Below are positions 40,618 to 49,864 of a stretch of DNA of 64,000 bases, in pieces. The DNA lies in the NCBI GenBank assembly GCA_903821355.1, contig CAIJKW010000030.1, positions 27,897 to 91,896 of the forward strand, in the 5' to 3' direction. The notes beneath the pieces are model-generated. The model did no database searches. It was not told where the DNA came from and saw only the letters and a list, made by a program, of their open reading frames with translations. How positions within the stretch are numbered: the stretch's first letter is position 1; the number at the start of each line of letters is the position of its first letter. A program made the position numbers and the translations under genes. The stretch is from an uncultured bacterium (GTDB lineage: Bacteria > Patescibacteriota > Minisyncoccia > Phycocordibacterales > CAIZLB01).

Positions 40618-40721
40618 TCTCATTTCCACCTTACACCTTTCTTTTCAACTTTAAGTAAAATTTGGGTTTTCTTTAGAATTTCTTTATATATTCTTAATGT
40701 CAATTTGCTAGGATTTTTCTC

Positions 40722-41348
40722 ATGAAAGAAAAAGAAACAAATGAAGTCTCATTAAGTATGGAGACTATAAGAGAAAATATTTATATTATAAGAGGACAGA
40801 AGGTAATGTTGGATAGGGATTTAGCCATGTTGTATGGTGTTACTACAAAAAGACTAAATGAAGCTGTAAAAAGAAATATCCGCAGATTTCCTGAGGATTT
40901 TATGTTCCAATTAACAAAGGAGGAGGTTGAAATATGTTCAAGGTCGCAATTTGCGAAATTGAATGATGAGGAAAACTATGAAAACTTGAAGTCGCAATTT
41001 GCGACTTCAAGTTTTAGCCCTACAAACAAAGATAACTTGAAGTCACAAATTGTGACTTCAAGTTGGGGAGGTAGTAGAAAGGGTTCTTTAGCTTTTACAG
41101 AACAAGGTATAGCCATGCTCTCAAGTGTTCTTAATAGCGACAGAGCAATACAAGTAAATATTCAAATCATAAGAGTTTTTACCAAACTTCGTGAAATGAT
41201 TGATGCTTATAAAGATTTAAGAGAGAAAATTGAAGAAATGGAGATAAATAATGAAGCAAACTTCACTGAAATATTCAGAATTATTAAGTTGTTAATCACT
41301 GAGAAAGAAAAACCAAAAGGCCAATTTGGCTTTATTGTTGATAAGTAA
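40722..41348 (+). CDS. ORF6N-domain (KilA-N-like, phage anti-repressor-type) DNA-binding protein
   Basis: IRGQKVMLDRDLAMLYGVTTKRLNEAVKRNIRRFPEDFMFQLTKEE… and SQIVTSSWGG…AFTEQGIAMLSSVLNSDRAIQVNIQIIRVF are hallmark ORF6N blocks. An internal triple repeat encodes LKSQ(F/I)(A/V)TSS. Confidence 0.65.
   Translation: MKEKETNEVSLSMETIRENIYIIRGQKVMLDRDLAMLYGVTTKRLNEAVKRNIRRFPEDFMFQLTKEEVEICSRSQFAKLNDEENYENLKSQFATSSFSPTNKDNLKSQIVTSSWGGSRKGSLAFTEQGIAMLSSVLNSDRAIQVNIQIIRVFTKLREMIDAYKDLREKIEEMEINNEANFTEIFRIIKLLITEKEKPKGQFGFIVDK
40985..41011. repeat. 27-bp perfect palindrome cttgaagtcgcaa-t-ttgcgacttcaag (inside ORF6N CDS)
   Basis: Exact reverse-complement symmetry. A partial copy lies at 40938-40960. 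Confidence 0.8.
41026..41052. repeat. 27-bp perfect palindrome cttgaagtcacaa-a-ttgtgacttcaag (inside ORF6N CDS)
   Basis: Exact symmetry. Encodes LKSQIVTSS. Confidence 0.8.
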
Positions 41349-41375
41349 AATTTTTTTAACGGCAAATAATAAAGC

Positions 41376-41410
41376 TCTCTCTAAGGTCACATATTGTGAC
41401 CTTAGAGAGA
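41376..41410. repeat. 35-bp palindrome tctctctaaggtcaca-tat-tgtgaccttagagaga (downstream of ORF6N)
   Basis: 16-bp arms with a 3-nt centre. Same core GTCACA/TGTGAC as the intragenic copies. Confidence 0.75.
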
Positions 41411-41431
41411 CGGCTAACAATAATGATCTGT

Positions 41432-41456
41432 TTGATATCACAAATTGTGATATCAA
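41432..41456. repeat. 25-bp perfect palindrome ttgatatcacaa-a-ttgtgatatcaa
   Basis: Exact symmetry; same family. Confidence 0.75.
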
Positions 41457-41483
41457 GTTTGAGGCTAAAAATATACCTAAATT

Positions 41484-41508
41484 TTGAGGTCGCAAATTGC
41501 GACCTCAA
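41484..41508. repeat. 25-bp perfect palindrome ttgaggtcgcaa-a-ttgcgacctcaa
   Basis: Exact symmetry; same family. It lies about 35 bp from the topA stop. Confidence 0.75.
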
Positions 41509-41541
41509 GATTTCGAATATGTATAAGGTAATGAGCAGGAT

Positions 41542-43749
41542 CTATTTCACCACCGGAGCTTCCTTCTTCTTAAATCCACCACGCCTTCCAACTACTTTTG
41601 GCAACGCAAGAATTTCAAGCGCACGTTCTAGTGTGATTGTATAAACATCGTCAGTTTTTAGTGATCTAAAATCAGCATCATGAACAATATAAGGACCAAA
41701 TCTTCCGATGCTTGCAGTTATATTTTTGCCGCTCTCTGGGTGCTTTCCTAAAACTCTAGGAAGTGAAAGATAAACTAGGGCCTGCTCAACAGAAACGTTG
41801 CTTGGATCAACCTCTTTAGGAATTGATGCCATTCTTGGTTTTTTGTTTTCTGGGGTTTTTTCACCAAGCTGAACATAAGGACCAAATCTTCCAATTTTTG
41901 TAAAAATAGAAAGGCCTGTTGCTGGGTCAATGCCAATCGGCTCATCGGTCTTAATCAAAACTCCTTCCATTGTTAGCGCCCCATCACATTCTGGATATTT
42001 TGAACAACTCAAAAACTTTCCAGTTCTTGCGAGTTTGATAATCATGCTTGCTCCACATTTTGGACATTTGAGCGATGGGTCAGCGTCGCCAAGATTTGTA
42101 ACTTTTTCAATATCAATTTTTTCTCCAATAATTTTTGTTAGAGGATCATAAAACTTTTTAATTGTAGGAATATATTTTGCGGTACCGGCTGCAATATCGT
42201 CCAATTCATTTTCCATTTCAGCTGTGAAATCGTAATCAACATATTTACCAAAATGCTCTTCCAAAAAAGAAATCACAACTTCTCCTGTGTCAGTTGGCTT
42301 AAGTGATTTATTTATTTTCTCAATATACTGTCTTGTCTCAAGTGTTTTTATAATACTTGCATAAGTTGAAGGACGGCCAATACCTTTTTTGTCCAACTCT
42401 TTAACAAGACCCGCTTCAGAATATCTACTTGGTGGTTCTGTGAACTTTTCAATCCAGACCATTTTTTCAAGTTTCAATTTTTCATCTTTTTCTGTTTTTG
42501 GCAAAATGACATCTTCTCCAACTGCATCAGGATCTGCCCTTAGCCATCCATCGAAAATTACACGTGATCCTGTGACAGCAAAATTTGGAAGCTTGTTGTT
42601 TGTATTTGTGTCGCCATCCGCGCATGCAATTATTTTTGTTCTAGCAATTCTTGCGTCCGCCATCTGAGACGCTAGGGTTCTTGCTCGAATAAGTGCATAT
42701 AATTTCTTTTCGTCCTCATTTACACCTGCTTTTGCAATACTTAGATGAGTTGGTCTAATGGCTTCATGGGCTTCTTGTGCATTTTTGCTTGTTGATTTGA
42801 AAGCTTTTTTCTCGGCGTATTTATCGCCAAATTCTTTTTTGATAACCTCCTCAGCTTCTTTAATTGCGAGTGAGCTTAGGTTTGTACTGTCTGTACGCAT
42901 ATAAGAAATATGTCCGCTTTCATATAGCTTTTGTGCAATACCCATTGTTCTTGAAGGAGTAAATCCAAGTCTTGACGATGCAGCTTGTTGCAAAGTTGAA
43001 GTCGTGAATGGTGGGCGAGAGGTCCTTTTCATTTCAGTTTCTTCTATATCTTTCACTTTCCAGTTAGTTTTTTCACCAAGTGCGGTAATTTCTTCCGCTC
43101 TAACTTTATCTTTTATTTCCTCCGTGCAGTTCATCTGCAACAGTGCGCCGTCTTTGTTTTTAAAATCAGCCGAGATTGGATAATAGGCCTCAGGAATAAA
43201 AGCTCTGATTTCTCTTTCGCGTTCAACAAGAATACGGAGGGCGGGGGACTGAACTCTACCAGCTGAAAGACCATATCTAACCTTTTTCCAAATGACGCCA
43301 GAAAGATCGTATCCAACAAGTCTATCAAGTACACGTCTAGCTTCCTGAGCTGTTCTCAAGTTATCATCAATTTCTCTTGGATGAGCGATAGCTTCTCTGA
43401 TAGCTTCTTTTGTAATTTCATAATAGACAACACGCTTTGGATTTTTAAGACCAAGCGCTTCTTTTAGGTGCCATGCAATGGCTTCACCTTCACGGTCGGG
43501 GTCAGTTGCTAGAAGTATTGCCGATGCTTTTTTTGCGCGAGCTCTTATATCGGCAATAACTTTTTCTTTTCCAGGAGAAACTTCATAGTGAGGGACGAAG
43601 CCTGCAGGTATATCAATTGCGATTCTGTTACTCTTTGGCAAGTCTCTAATATGGCCAACTGATGCGACAACATCAAATTCACCTTCCAAATATTTGGAAA
43701 TGATTTTTGCTTTTGAAGGAGACTCAACGATCAGAAGTGTTTTGGACAT
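41542..43749 (-). CDS. topA: DNA topoisomerase I
   Basis: TOPRIM N-terminus MSKTLLIVESPSKAKIISKYLEG…, C-terminal Zn-finger CPKCGASMIIK…CSKYPEC and tail repeats. The start is taken at the internal M; the track ORF extends to 43833. Confidence 0.9.
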   Translation of the reverse strand: MSKTLLIVESPSKAKIISKYLEGEFDVVASVGHIRDLPKSNRIAIDIPAGFVPHYEVSPGKEKVIADIRARAKKASAILLATDPDREGEAIAWHLKEALGLKNPKRVVYYEITKEAIREAIAHPREIDDNLRTAQEARRVLDRLVGYDLSGVIWKKVRYGLSAGRVQSPALRILVEREREIRAFIPEAYYPISADFKNKDGALLQMNCTEEIKDKVRAEEITALGEKTNWKVKDIEETEMKRTSRPPFTTSTLQQAASSRLGFTPSRTMGIAQKLYESGHISYMRTDSTNLSSLAIKEAEEVIKKEFGDKYAEKKAFKSTSKNAQEAHEAIRPTHLSIAKAGVNEDEKKLYALIRARTLASQMADARIARTKIIACADGDTNTNNKLPNFAVTGSRVIFDGWLRADPDAVGEDVILPKTEKDEKLKLEKMVWIEKFTEPPSRYSEAGLVKELDKKGIGRPSTYASIIKTLETRQYIEKINKSLKPTDTGEVVISFLEEHFGKYVDYDFTAEMENELDDIAAGTAKYIPTIKKFYDPLTKIIGEKIDIEKVTNLGDADPSLKCPKCGASMIIKLARTGKFLSCSKYPECDGALTMEGVLIKTDEPIGIDPATGLSIFTKIGRFGPYVQLGEKTPENKKPRMASIPKEVDPSNVSVEQALVYLSLPRVLGKHPESGKNITASIGRFGPYIVHDADFRSLKTDDVYTITLERALEILALPKVVGRRGGFKKKEAPVVK

Positions 43750-43793
43750 GTCTATAATTAATACTACATATATTGCGATTGTGCAAATTTTGA

Positions 43794-43834
43794 CAAAAAA
43801 AATGGTTGAGCGCAGCACCTTGCGCCCAACCATT
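43794..43834 (-). terminator. Strong rho-independent terminator on the minus strand, upstream of topA
   Basis: On the minus strand: GGUUGGGCGCAAGGUGCUGCGCUCAACC followed by UUUUUUUU. Confidence 0.7.
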
Positions 43835-44155
43835 CTGTGTTCGGAGTGCGGACACGAAGTCCGCCATCTTATTGAGCACGCACGCCTCCACCTGGTGGAA
43901 CGTACACCCTTCGAAGATTTTTTCTCCTCTCTGATATTTATTGCCTAAACGGCCTGTGGCATCAGATTGACCACGTAGTTCAGCCAAGATAACGAGGCTA
44001 GCTTTTACATAAGGTGCTAAGTCAAAAAGTAAGCTTACAAGGAGGCCGAGGACTGAGACAGTCCGAAGACCGGCCGGGTTTGTTTTAAACTTTTTGACAC
44101 CAATTGGGGGATACGACCGCCGCTGAACTCATTGCCATGATTTCATTGGTTTCTA
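43797..44155 (-). ncRNA. Candidate ~360-nt structured small RNA gene (identity unresolved) between dprA and topA
   Basis: ORF-free, GC-enriched. Minus-strand promoter-like TTGAAT-N17-TACTAT (plus ~44158-44190). Stable hairpins (GGACUG-UCU-CAGUCC; GCGGAC-UUCGU-GUCCGC) and the strong terminator at 43794..43834. Confidence 0.35.
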
Positions 44156-44200
44156 TATAGTATATTTTTTTACGATTTTATTCAACTCTAACTCTTTACC

Positions 44201-45223
44201 TCAGGAATTATCTTTGAAATTAACATTAGAACTACTGGTTGGTCTAGATTGAAATTCTACACTCAGCTTTGAATAAACTTTTCCATATCTCTCTTCCACC
44301 AGTCCTCGCATTTGAAGCATTGAGACAGTAACGAGGACTTTTGAAATATTGAATCCCGTTTTGTGACAAATTTCATCAGGGGTGATGGGGGATTCTAATA
44401 AATCTAAGATCTCCTTTTCTTCGCTAGAGCATGAGTCAAAAAGCGACTTAGAAACTTCTTTGATTGAGTATTCTGTAATACCAAGAGCGTCCGTTATGTC
44501 TACAGCTGAAGAAATCGGAACAGCACCTTGTTTAATTAATTCCCTTGGTCCTTCTGAATGAACACTAAAGATAGAACCGGGGACGGCTAAGACGTCTCTA
44601 TTGTATTCTGCCGCAAGCCTTGCAGTAATCATTGTTCCAGAATCTCTCTTTCCTTCTATCACAACAGTAAGATCTGAAATTCCCGCCATGATTCTATTGC
44701 GTAACGGAAAAGTCCAAACATTGGCACGAGCTTCGGGTTCAAATTCTGAAAGTAAGACGCCGCCACTTTCATAAATTTGTTCAGCAAGCCTTAGATTGGT
44801 TCTGGGATACAGAACATCCACATGCAGACCTGACCCTGGAATTGCAATACACGGAATGCCGTGCCTTAGACATAATCTATGTACAATACTATCTATGCCA
44901 ATTGCTAAGCCTGAAACTACCGCAATCTTCTCCTTATATAGTGCAAGTCCCTCGATTAACTTTTCACATGCCAATTGTCCATACTCTGTATAAGAACGTG
45001 AACCTACAATACATATGATTTTTAGGTTTTCATCATGGGAAATACGCCAGAGCAAGTTTTTATCACTTGACCTTGTGGGTTGAGTAATGTCAGCCTGCTT
45101 CTGATAATCTAGCTCTGTAGAGGGATCAGACCCTATATAATAAAGCGTCCTTGGCGGGTCACTAATTTGTCTTAATAATCTTGGATAATCCGTTGCTTTT
45201 AATTGTTTTGTTTGCATGGTCAA
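44201..45223 (-). CDS. dprA: DNA-processing protein DprA (Smf)
   Basis: Rossmann-like DprA core (IVGSRSYTEYG…VVSGLAIGIDSIVHR…) plus C-terminal winged-helix domain. Confidence 0.85.
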   Translation of the reverse strand: MTMQTKQLKATDYPRLLRQISDPPRTLYYIGSDPSTELDYQKQADITQPTRSSDKNLLWRISHDENLKIICIVGSRSYTEYGQLACEKLIEGLALYKEKIAVVSGLAIGIDSIVHRLCLRHGIPCIAIPGSGLHVDVLYPRTNLRLAEQIYESGGVLLSEFEPEARANVWTFPLRNRIMAGISDLTVVIEGKRDSGTMITARLAAEYNRDVLAVPGSIFSVHSEGPRELIKQGAVPISSAVDITDALGITEYSIKEVSKSLFDSCSSEEKEILDLLESPITPDEICHKTGFNISKVLVTVSMLQMRGLVEERYGKVYSKLSVEFQSRPTSSSNVNFKDNS

Positions 45224-45293
45224 ATTGTACTTATGTGATATGATATTTCTATAAATTATTTATAAAGAAAAACCAAAGAAAAACCACAAAATC

Positions 45294-46583
45294 ATGTTAG
45301 ATATTAAATTTATACGGGAAAACAAAGATCTTATCGATGCTGGTGCCAAAAAAAAGCATATAAACTTTGATGTAAATAAATTACTAGAGGTAGATGACGC
45401 AAGAAGATCCTTATTAACATCCATTGAAAACAAAAAAGCAGAGCAAAATAAGGTGGGGGAAAGCATAACTCGTCCAACAGCAGATCAAGCTGAAAAAGAT
45501 CGTCTAATAGGGGAAATGCGTGATCTTAAGGAGTTGATAAAAATAGAAGAAGATAGATTTGGAGAAATTATGAAAGAGTGGCAACAATTAATGGTTGCTG
45601 TTCCTAATATTCCGGACATGTCTGTTCCCGAAGGTGTTGACGATAATGATAATGTAGAAATTAGAACTTGGGGAGAAATTCCTAAATTTGATTTTACACC
45701 CAAAGGTCACATAGATTTAATGCTTGAAAATGACATGGCTGACTTTGAACGAGGAACAAAGGTTGCTGGTTTTCGTGGGTATTTTCTAAAAAACGCAGGA
45801 GCAAGACTTGAGTTTGCAGTTTGGCAAGCAGCAATGGATTTTTTCACAAAGCGTGGTTTTGATCCAATGATTGTGCCTTCACTCGTTAGAAGAGAGACCT
45901 TGCTTGGTACAGGGTACATTCCTCAGGGAGAAGATGATCTATATAAGACACAAGACACAGATTATCTAGCTGGAACAGGTGAGGTTGCAACAATGTCATA
46001 TTATTCCGATGAAGTGATTGATCTAAAAGAGCTACCAAAAAGAATGTTGGCTTTTTCTCCATGTTTTAGAAGAGAGGCTGGAAGTCACGGTAAGCAAACT
46101 AAAGGAGTATACAGAGTCCATGAGTTTTTCAAGCTAGAACAAGTCATCTTATGTGAAGCCTCACATGAAATGTCTGTAACTTTCCACGAGGAGCTTACAA
46201 AAAATGCTGAAGAATTTCTGCAAGCTTTAGGTATTCCACACCATGTTGTAATTAACTGTGGAGGAGATATTGGTCTTGGACAAGTAAAAAAGTATGATAT
46301 TGAGGCTTGGATGCCATCGGAAAATAAATATGGAGAGACACATTCATCGTCATATTTCCACGATTTTCAAACAAGAAGATTAAATATCAGATATAGAGAT
46401 GCGGAAGGAAAATTGCGATTTGCCCATTCGTTAAACAACACCGCAATTGCAACTCCTCGCGTTCTTATTTCAATCATAGAAAACAACCAACAGGCCGATG
46501 GTTCAATTGTCGTACCAGAAATCCTTAGACCATACATGAGTGGAGTCTCTGTCATTGAAAAAGGAGATGCAAAGAAACTTTAG
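45294..46583 (+). CDS. serS: seryl-tRNA synthetase
   Basis: N-terminal coiled-coil arm. Class II motifs (…FRREAGSHGKQTKGVYRVHEF…; GETHSSSYFHDFQTRRLNIRY; NNTAIATPRVL). Confidence 0.9.
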   Translation: MLDIKFIRENKDLIDAGAKKKHINFDVNKLLEVDDARRSLLTSIENKKAEQNKVGESITRPTADQAEKDRLIGEMRDLKELIKIEEDRFGEIMKEWQQLMVAVPNIPDMSVPEGVDDNDNVEIRTWGEIPKFDFTPKGHIDLMLENDMADFERGTKVAGFRGYFLKNAGARLEFAVWQAAMDFFTKRGFDPMIVPSLVRRETLLGTGYIPQGEDDLYKTQDTDYLAGTGEVATMSYYSDEVIDLKELPKRMLAFSPCFRREAGSHGKQTKGVYRVHEFFKLEQVILCEASHEMSVTFHEELTKNAEEFLQALGIPHHVVINCGGDIGLGQVKKYDIEAWMPSENKYGETHSSSYFHDFQTRRLNIRYRDAEGKLRFAHSLNNTAIATPRVLISIIENNQQADGSIVVPEILRPYMSGVSVIEKGDAKKL

Positions 46584-47619
46584 ACATACAAAAGATGTTC
46601 TTAAATATTCTGCTGTTTACAAAAAACGCAGGAAGGTAAAAATCGTGAAGATGGTCTTTTTTGGTGTTTTGTTCTTGTTTATTTTGATTGGTTTGATTTT
46701 CATTGTTAGACTTTCCACTTTTACCATATCTGATATTCAGGTAAAGGGTTTGCAGTCTGCAGACACACAGGATGTTATGAATGAAATAAATTCAAACATA
46801 AATGGAAGTTATGCCCTCGTCTTGCCAAAGAAAAATATTTTCTTTTATCCAAAAGATAAAATAAAGAATGATTTGCTGAAGAAGTTTAGTACTTTTGCTG
46901 ATGTCCAAATCAAGACCATCGATACAAATAAGCTTGAAGTAACAGTAGTTGAAAAAAACGCCATGGCTGTTAATTGCAAAACAGAGCAAACAATCATTGA
47001 TAAGACTTTTTCAGATTGTTTTTTTATCGATTCTAACGCCCGCGCCTTTCAAGCCGTTACTGGGGAGCCAGATCAGAGTCTGGACAAATACGTCGACTTT
47101 AATGTAAACACAGCATCATCAACTCTATCGGCGACTACAATGGAACAATTGCAAAAGGTTAAAATAAATTTGACTAGTAAAAATTTAATTACCCAGTTTA
47201 TTAAGATTGTCGATCTTAAGAGCGCAGAATTTCAAATAGTTGATAATGGAAAAATTAAGATTTCCATACCTGTTTCTGATGATTTTACAAGTATTCTCGA
47301 TACAGCTTTAGGTACAGATCTTCTGTTGAATTCAGTTAAATTTGAATATATTGATGCAAGATTTGGTAATAAGGTATTTTTTAAAGCAAAGGGTGCGAAT
47401 GACGAGAAGGGAATTACAAAGAATTCAACAAGCACAAGCTCATCTACATCAGCATCTCTTGTGGTTAAAAGTCTCACTACAAAGGGTGCAACCACAACAA
47501 TGAGCATTAAAAATCATGCTTCCACTTCAGCCTCCACTTCTGTACCCACAACAGTCAGAGCTGCGACCAAAAACACCAAGTCAACCACAACCAGTAAGAC
47601 TAGGGTTAAAAAAATATAA
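46540..47619 (+). CDS. FtsQ/DivIB-like cell-division protein with Ser/Thr-rich tail (assignment tentative)
   Basis: Basic cytoplasmic N-terminus, single TM (MVFFGVLFLFILIGLIFIV), and POTRA-like ISDIQVKGLQSADTQDVMNEI. The start is uncertain and the ORF overlaps the serS end. Confidence 0.45.
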   Translation: MESLSLKKEMQRNFRHTKDVLKYSAVYKKRRKVKIVKMVFFGVLFLFILIGLIFIVRLSTFTISDIQVKGLQSADTQDVMNEINSNINGSYALVLPKKNIFFYPKDKIKNDLLKKFSTFADVQIKTIDTNKLEVTVVEKNAMAVNCKTEQTIIDKTFSDCFFIDSNARAFQAVTGEPDQSLDKYVDFNVNTASSTLSATTMEQLQKVKINLTSKNLITQFIKIVDLKSAEFQIVDNGKIKISIPVSDDFTSILDTALGTDLLLNSVKFEYIDARFGNKVFFKAKGANDEKGITKNSTSTSSSTSASLVVKSLTTKGATTTMSIKNHASTSASTSVPTTVRAATKNTKSTTTSKTRVKKI

Positions 47620-47682
47620 ACAACTATAAATATCCTTTCCCTAATTTAACTATATCTGTTATAATTCAAGTAAGTTATTTTT

Positions 47683-49116
47683 ATGAACGATGAATTAGAC
47701 CAGCAAAATTCGCAAAAAAATATTTATCAAGGTAATTATGAAAATGATTACAAAGATAGTTTAAAAACCAGCACTGATTTTTCTGTTGGTAGTTTACCAA
47801 GCTCTGATCCTGTTGAGGCTCCAAATGAAGCTCCAAAATACATGAATCTCGGCGCGCCAAGAGAGAGAAACGAGGAAGATTTTGCTCATCATGAAAACAA
47901 CATGAGGTCTCTTTTTGGAGAAGATTTTAAAAAAGATTTTTCATCCCTGGGTTTTAGCTCAAAGAAAAAAATGGGCATTGTTGTGGCGCCAAGTGAGAAC
48001 GGCTCAATCTCAAGATTTTTTGCTAGATATTTTAACCTATATTTGCACGGCCCTCATTTCAAGTTAACAAAAACAAGTTCTTCAGCTACCCACACCATTT
48101 CATCAAAAATAAAATGGGGAGTTATAATGCTATTTTTGGCTGTGTCTGTCTCTTCGTTTACAATTCAATCCACTTTATTTTTGAAAGATTATTTTTTTGG
48201 TAATAAGAGTGTTGCGGTGGCTGATATAAATAATCCTCTGCAAGGTAAGGGTGCGATACAAACTGGCTCGATCAATGAATTCAAAGGATCTGACGATGGC
48301 ACAAATGCAAACGGTAGTTCTACAGGACAAAAAATTAATAGAGCTCCACAATATAGATTAAATGATATCTCACATTTTCCTACACTTTCGGCCAAATCTT
48401 TTTTGGTGGCAGATTTAAAGACTGGAGAAATTATCAAAGAAAGCCAGGATGTTGGCGTCTATCCTTTAGCCTCTGTTTCAAAATTGATGACAGGCGTGAT
48501 TGCGTACGAGCAAATGGATCCAAAACAAATGGCAACAGTATCAAGAAGTTCATATAATACATTTGGTACTGAAGGTGAACTTTTACTTGGAGAAACTATT
48601 AGAGTAAGTGATTTAATGTACCCACTACTTATGGAATCAAGCAATGATGGTGCAGAAGTTTTGGCTGATTCATATGGTCACGATAAGTTCATGTCGGAGA
48701 TGAACAAGAAGGCCCATGCGCTAGGGATGAATGACACTTACTACAATGATCCAAGCGGACTTGATCCAAAAAACGTTTCAAATGTTGAGGATCAATTTAA
48801 GCTAGCAAGATATATTTACGAAAAGGACCCCGTGATTTTTGATCTCACAAGAGTTAGACAATTTGAAATTCTAAACCACAGATGGTATAGCAAAAATGCC
48901 ATGCTCAATATAGATTCTTTTATAGGTGGAAAAAATGGTTTTATCGATGAATCAAAGCAAACCACAACTTGTTTGTTTGATATTCAGATGGCAAAAGGTG
49001 GTAAAAGAAAGATTGCAATCATGTTGCTTCGTACAAGTGACAGGGAGGGGGATGTGGTTAAGATACTCAATTTCTTAAAGAAGAACGGGTACTATGACGA
49101 GAGTTTGAATCAATAA
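47683..49116 (+). CDS. D-alanyl-D-alanine carboxypeptidase (peptidase S11, PBP5/6-like) with long N-terminal extension
   Basis: SxxK (ASVSKLMT) and SxN (SSNDG) motifs. A TM segment precedes the catalytic domain. Confidence 0.7.
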   Translation: MNDELDQQNSQKNIYQGNYENDYKDSLKTSTDFSVGSLPSSDPVEAPNEAPKYMNLGAPRERNEEDFAHHENNMRSLFGEDFKKDFSSLGFSSKKKMGIVVAPSENGSISRFFARYFNLYLHGPHFKLTKTSSSATHTISSKIKWGVIMLFLAVSVSSFTIQSTLFLKDYFFGNKSVAVADINNPLQGKGAIQTGSINEFKGSDDGTNANGSSTGQKINRAPQYRLNDISHFPTLSAKSFLVADLKTGEIIKESQDVGVYPLASVSKLMTGVIAYEQMDPKQMATVSRSSYNTFGTEGELLLGETIRVSDLMYPLLMESSNDGAEVLADSYGHDKFMSEMNKKAHALGMNDTYYNDPSGLDPKNVSNVEDQFKLARYIYEKDPVIFDLTRVRQFEILNHRWYSKNAMLNIDSFIGGKNGFIDESKQTTTCLFDIQMAKGGKRKIAIMLLRTSDREGDVVKILNFLKKNGYYDESLNQ

Positions 49117-49140
49117 TTGCAACGCTTTCAGCCAGCTAGT

Positions 49141-49240
49141 CTATGTGGGTCAGATCATCTGGTTAACCTGTGCGGGCCAAATCAGCTAGCTAACCTATGC
49201 GGGTCAGATAACCATCGCTATCGTGCAATATATCACATGT
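49141..49240. repeat. Three degenerate ~30-bp direct repeats (acctatgcgggtcagat…)
   Basis: ctatgtgggtcagatcatc / cctgtgcgggccaaatcagc / cctatgcgggtcagataacc at ~30-bp spacing. Located directly upstream of a promoter. Confidence 0.5.
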
Positions 49241-49251
49241 GATATATTGTA

Positions 49252-49285
49252 TTTGACATAAAAATGCGTATAGTTTAAAATATAA
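49252..49285 (+). promoter_or_regulatory. Sigma-70-like promoter TTGACA-N17-TAAAAT
   Basis: ttgacataaaaatgcgtatagtttaaaat. It drives a ~200-nt GC-rich leader before ORF 49498. Confidence 0.45.
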
Positions 49286-49292
49286 GTGTCAG

Positions 49293-49497
49293 AGTAAAGG
49301 TCCTTGACAATCCACCACCCAGTAGGCGATTGTGCTCAATCGCCCCTCCCGGGAAGGTCAGATTGCAAGGGCCTTTCTCTATTCCCAATATTCCAAAATT
49401 TAAATCCGATTTTCTCAGGGGGGATGAGTTAGCAATGAGCTGACAGTCTGCGTCTAGTCAACGCATACCTAAGGTCCCCCTTAATTTACAAACCCAT
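49293..49497 (+). ncRNA. Candidate structured 5' leader / cis-regulatory RNA upstream of small ORF and ZIP transporter
   Basis: GC-rich segment with hairpins (ggcgattg-tgctc-aatcgcc; GGGGGG…CCCCC enclosing a complex stem) between the promoter and ATG 49498. Confidence 0.3.
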
Positions 49498-49719
49498 ATG
49501 TTTAAAGCAATAGGTTTGGTTGTCCTGCTCATTGCGATTAAGATGTTGATGCCTGACATGTTTGGTTCGATGAATCAGGCTGGCACAAAGTTCTTTAATG
49601 CGATTGGTCGCACTGCGGATGTGGTTGATCCGGCAAACTTCAAGCTTTCTGGATTAGCAAATCCAGCCGGAGTAAATTATATTCCAAAGCCGGCACCATT
49701 CGTAAATAGCTTTCAATAG
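49498..49719 (+). CDS. small secreted/membrane protein
   Basis: 73 aa with signal-peptide-like MFKAIGLVVLLIAIKMLMP. Weak terminator-like hairpin downstream. Confidence 0.35.
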   Translation: MFKAIGLVVLLIAIKMLMPDMFGSMNQAGTKFFNAIGRTADVVDPANFKLSGLANPAGVNYIPKPAPFVNSFQ

Positions 49720-49864
49720 CTAAAGCCAATTTTCATAACAGGCTGAATAAGCCAAAATAAAACCTTATTGCACAGTGCATTAAGTGCCGCTCCATTGGGG
49801 CGGTTTTTGATTGTGAATATATTTCAATAGCCAAATCGGCAAAAATATTGTATGCTACTTCAAT

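Noticed and set aside
43797-44155. tmRNA (ssrA) assignment for the dprA-topA intergenic RNA
   Set aside because: I found no GGAUUCGAC box, no tRNA-like T-arm (GGUUCGAxUCC) pairing to a GGGG 5' end, and no tag reading frame ending in AA-stop. It is kept as an unidentified sRNA candidate.
49141-49240. Possible CRISPR array (regularly spaced ~30-bp repeats)
   Set aside because: There are only three degenerate copies with no unique spacers of constant length and no cas genes. They sit directly upstream of a promoter, which is more consistent with iterons or regulator sites.
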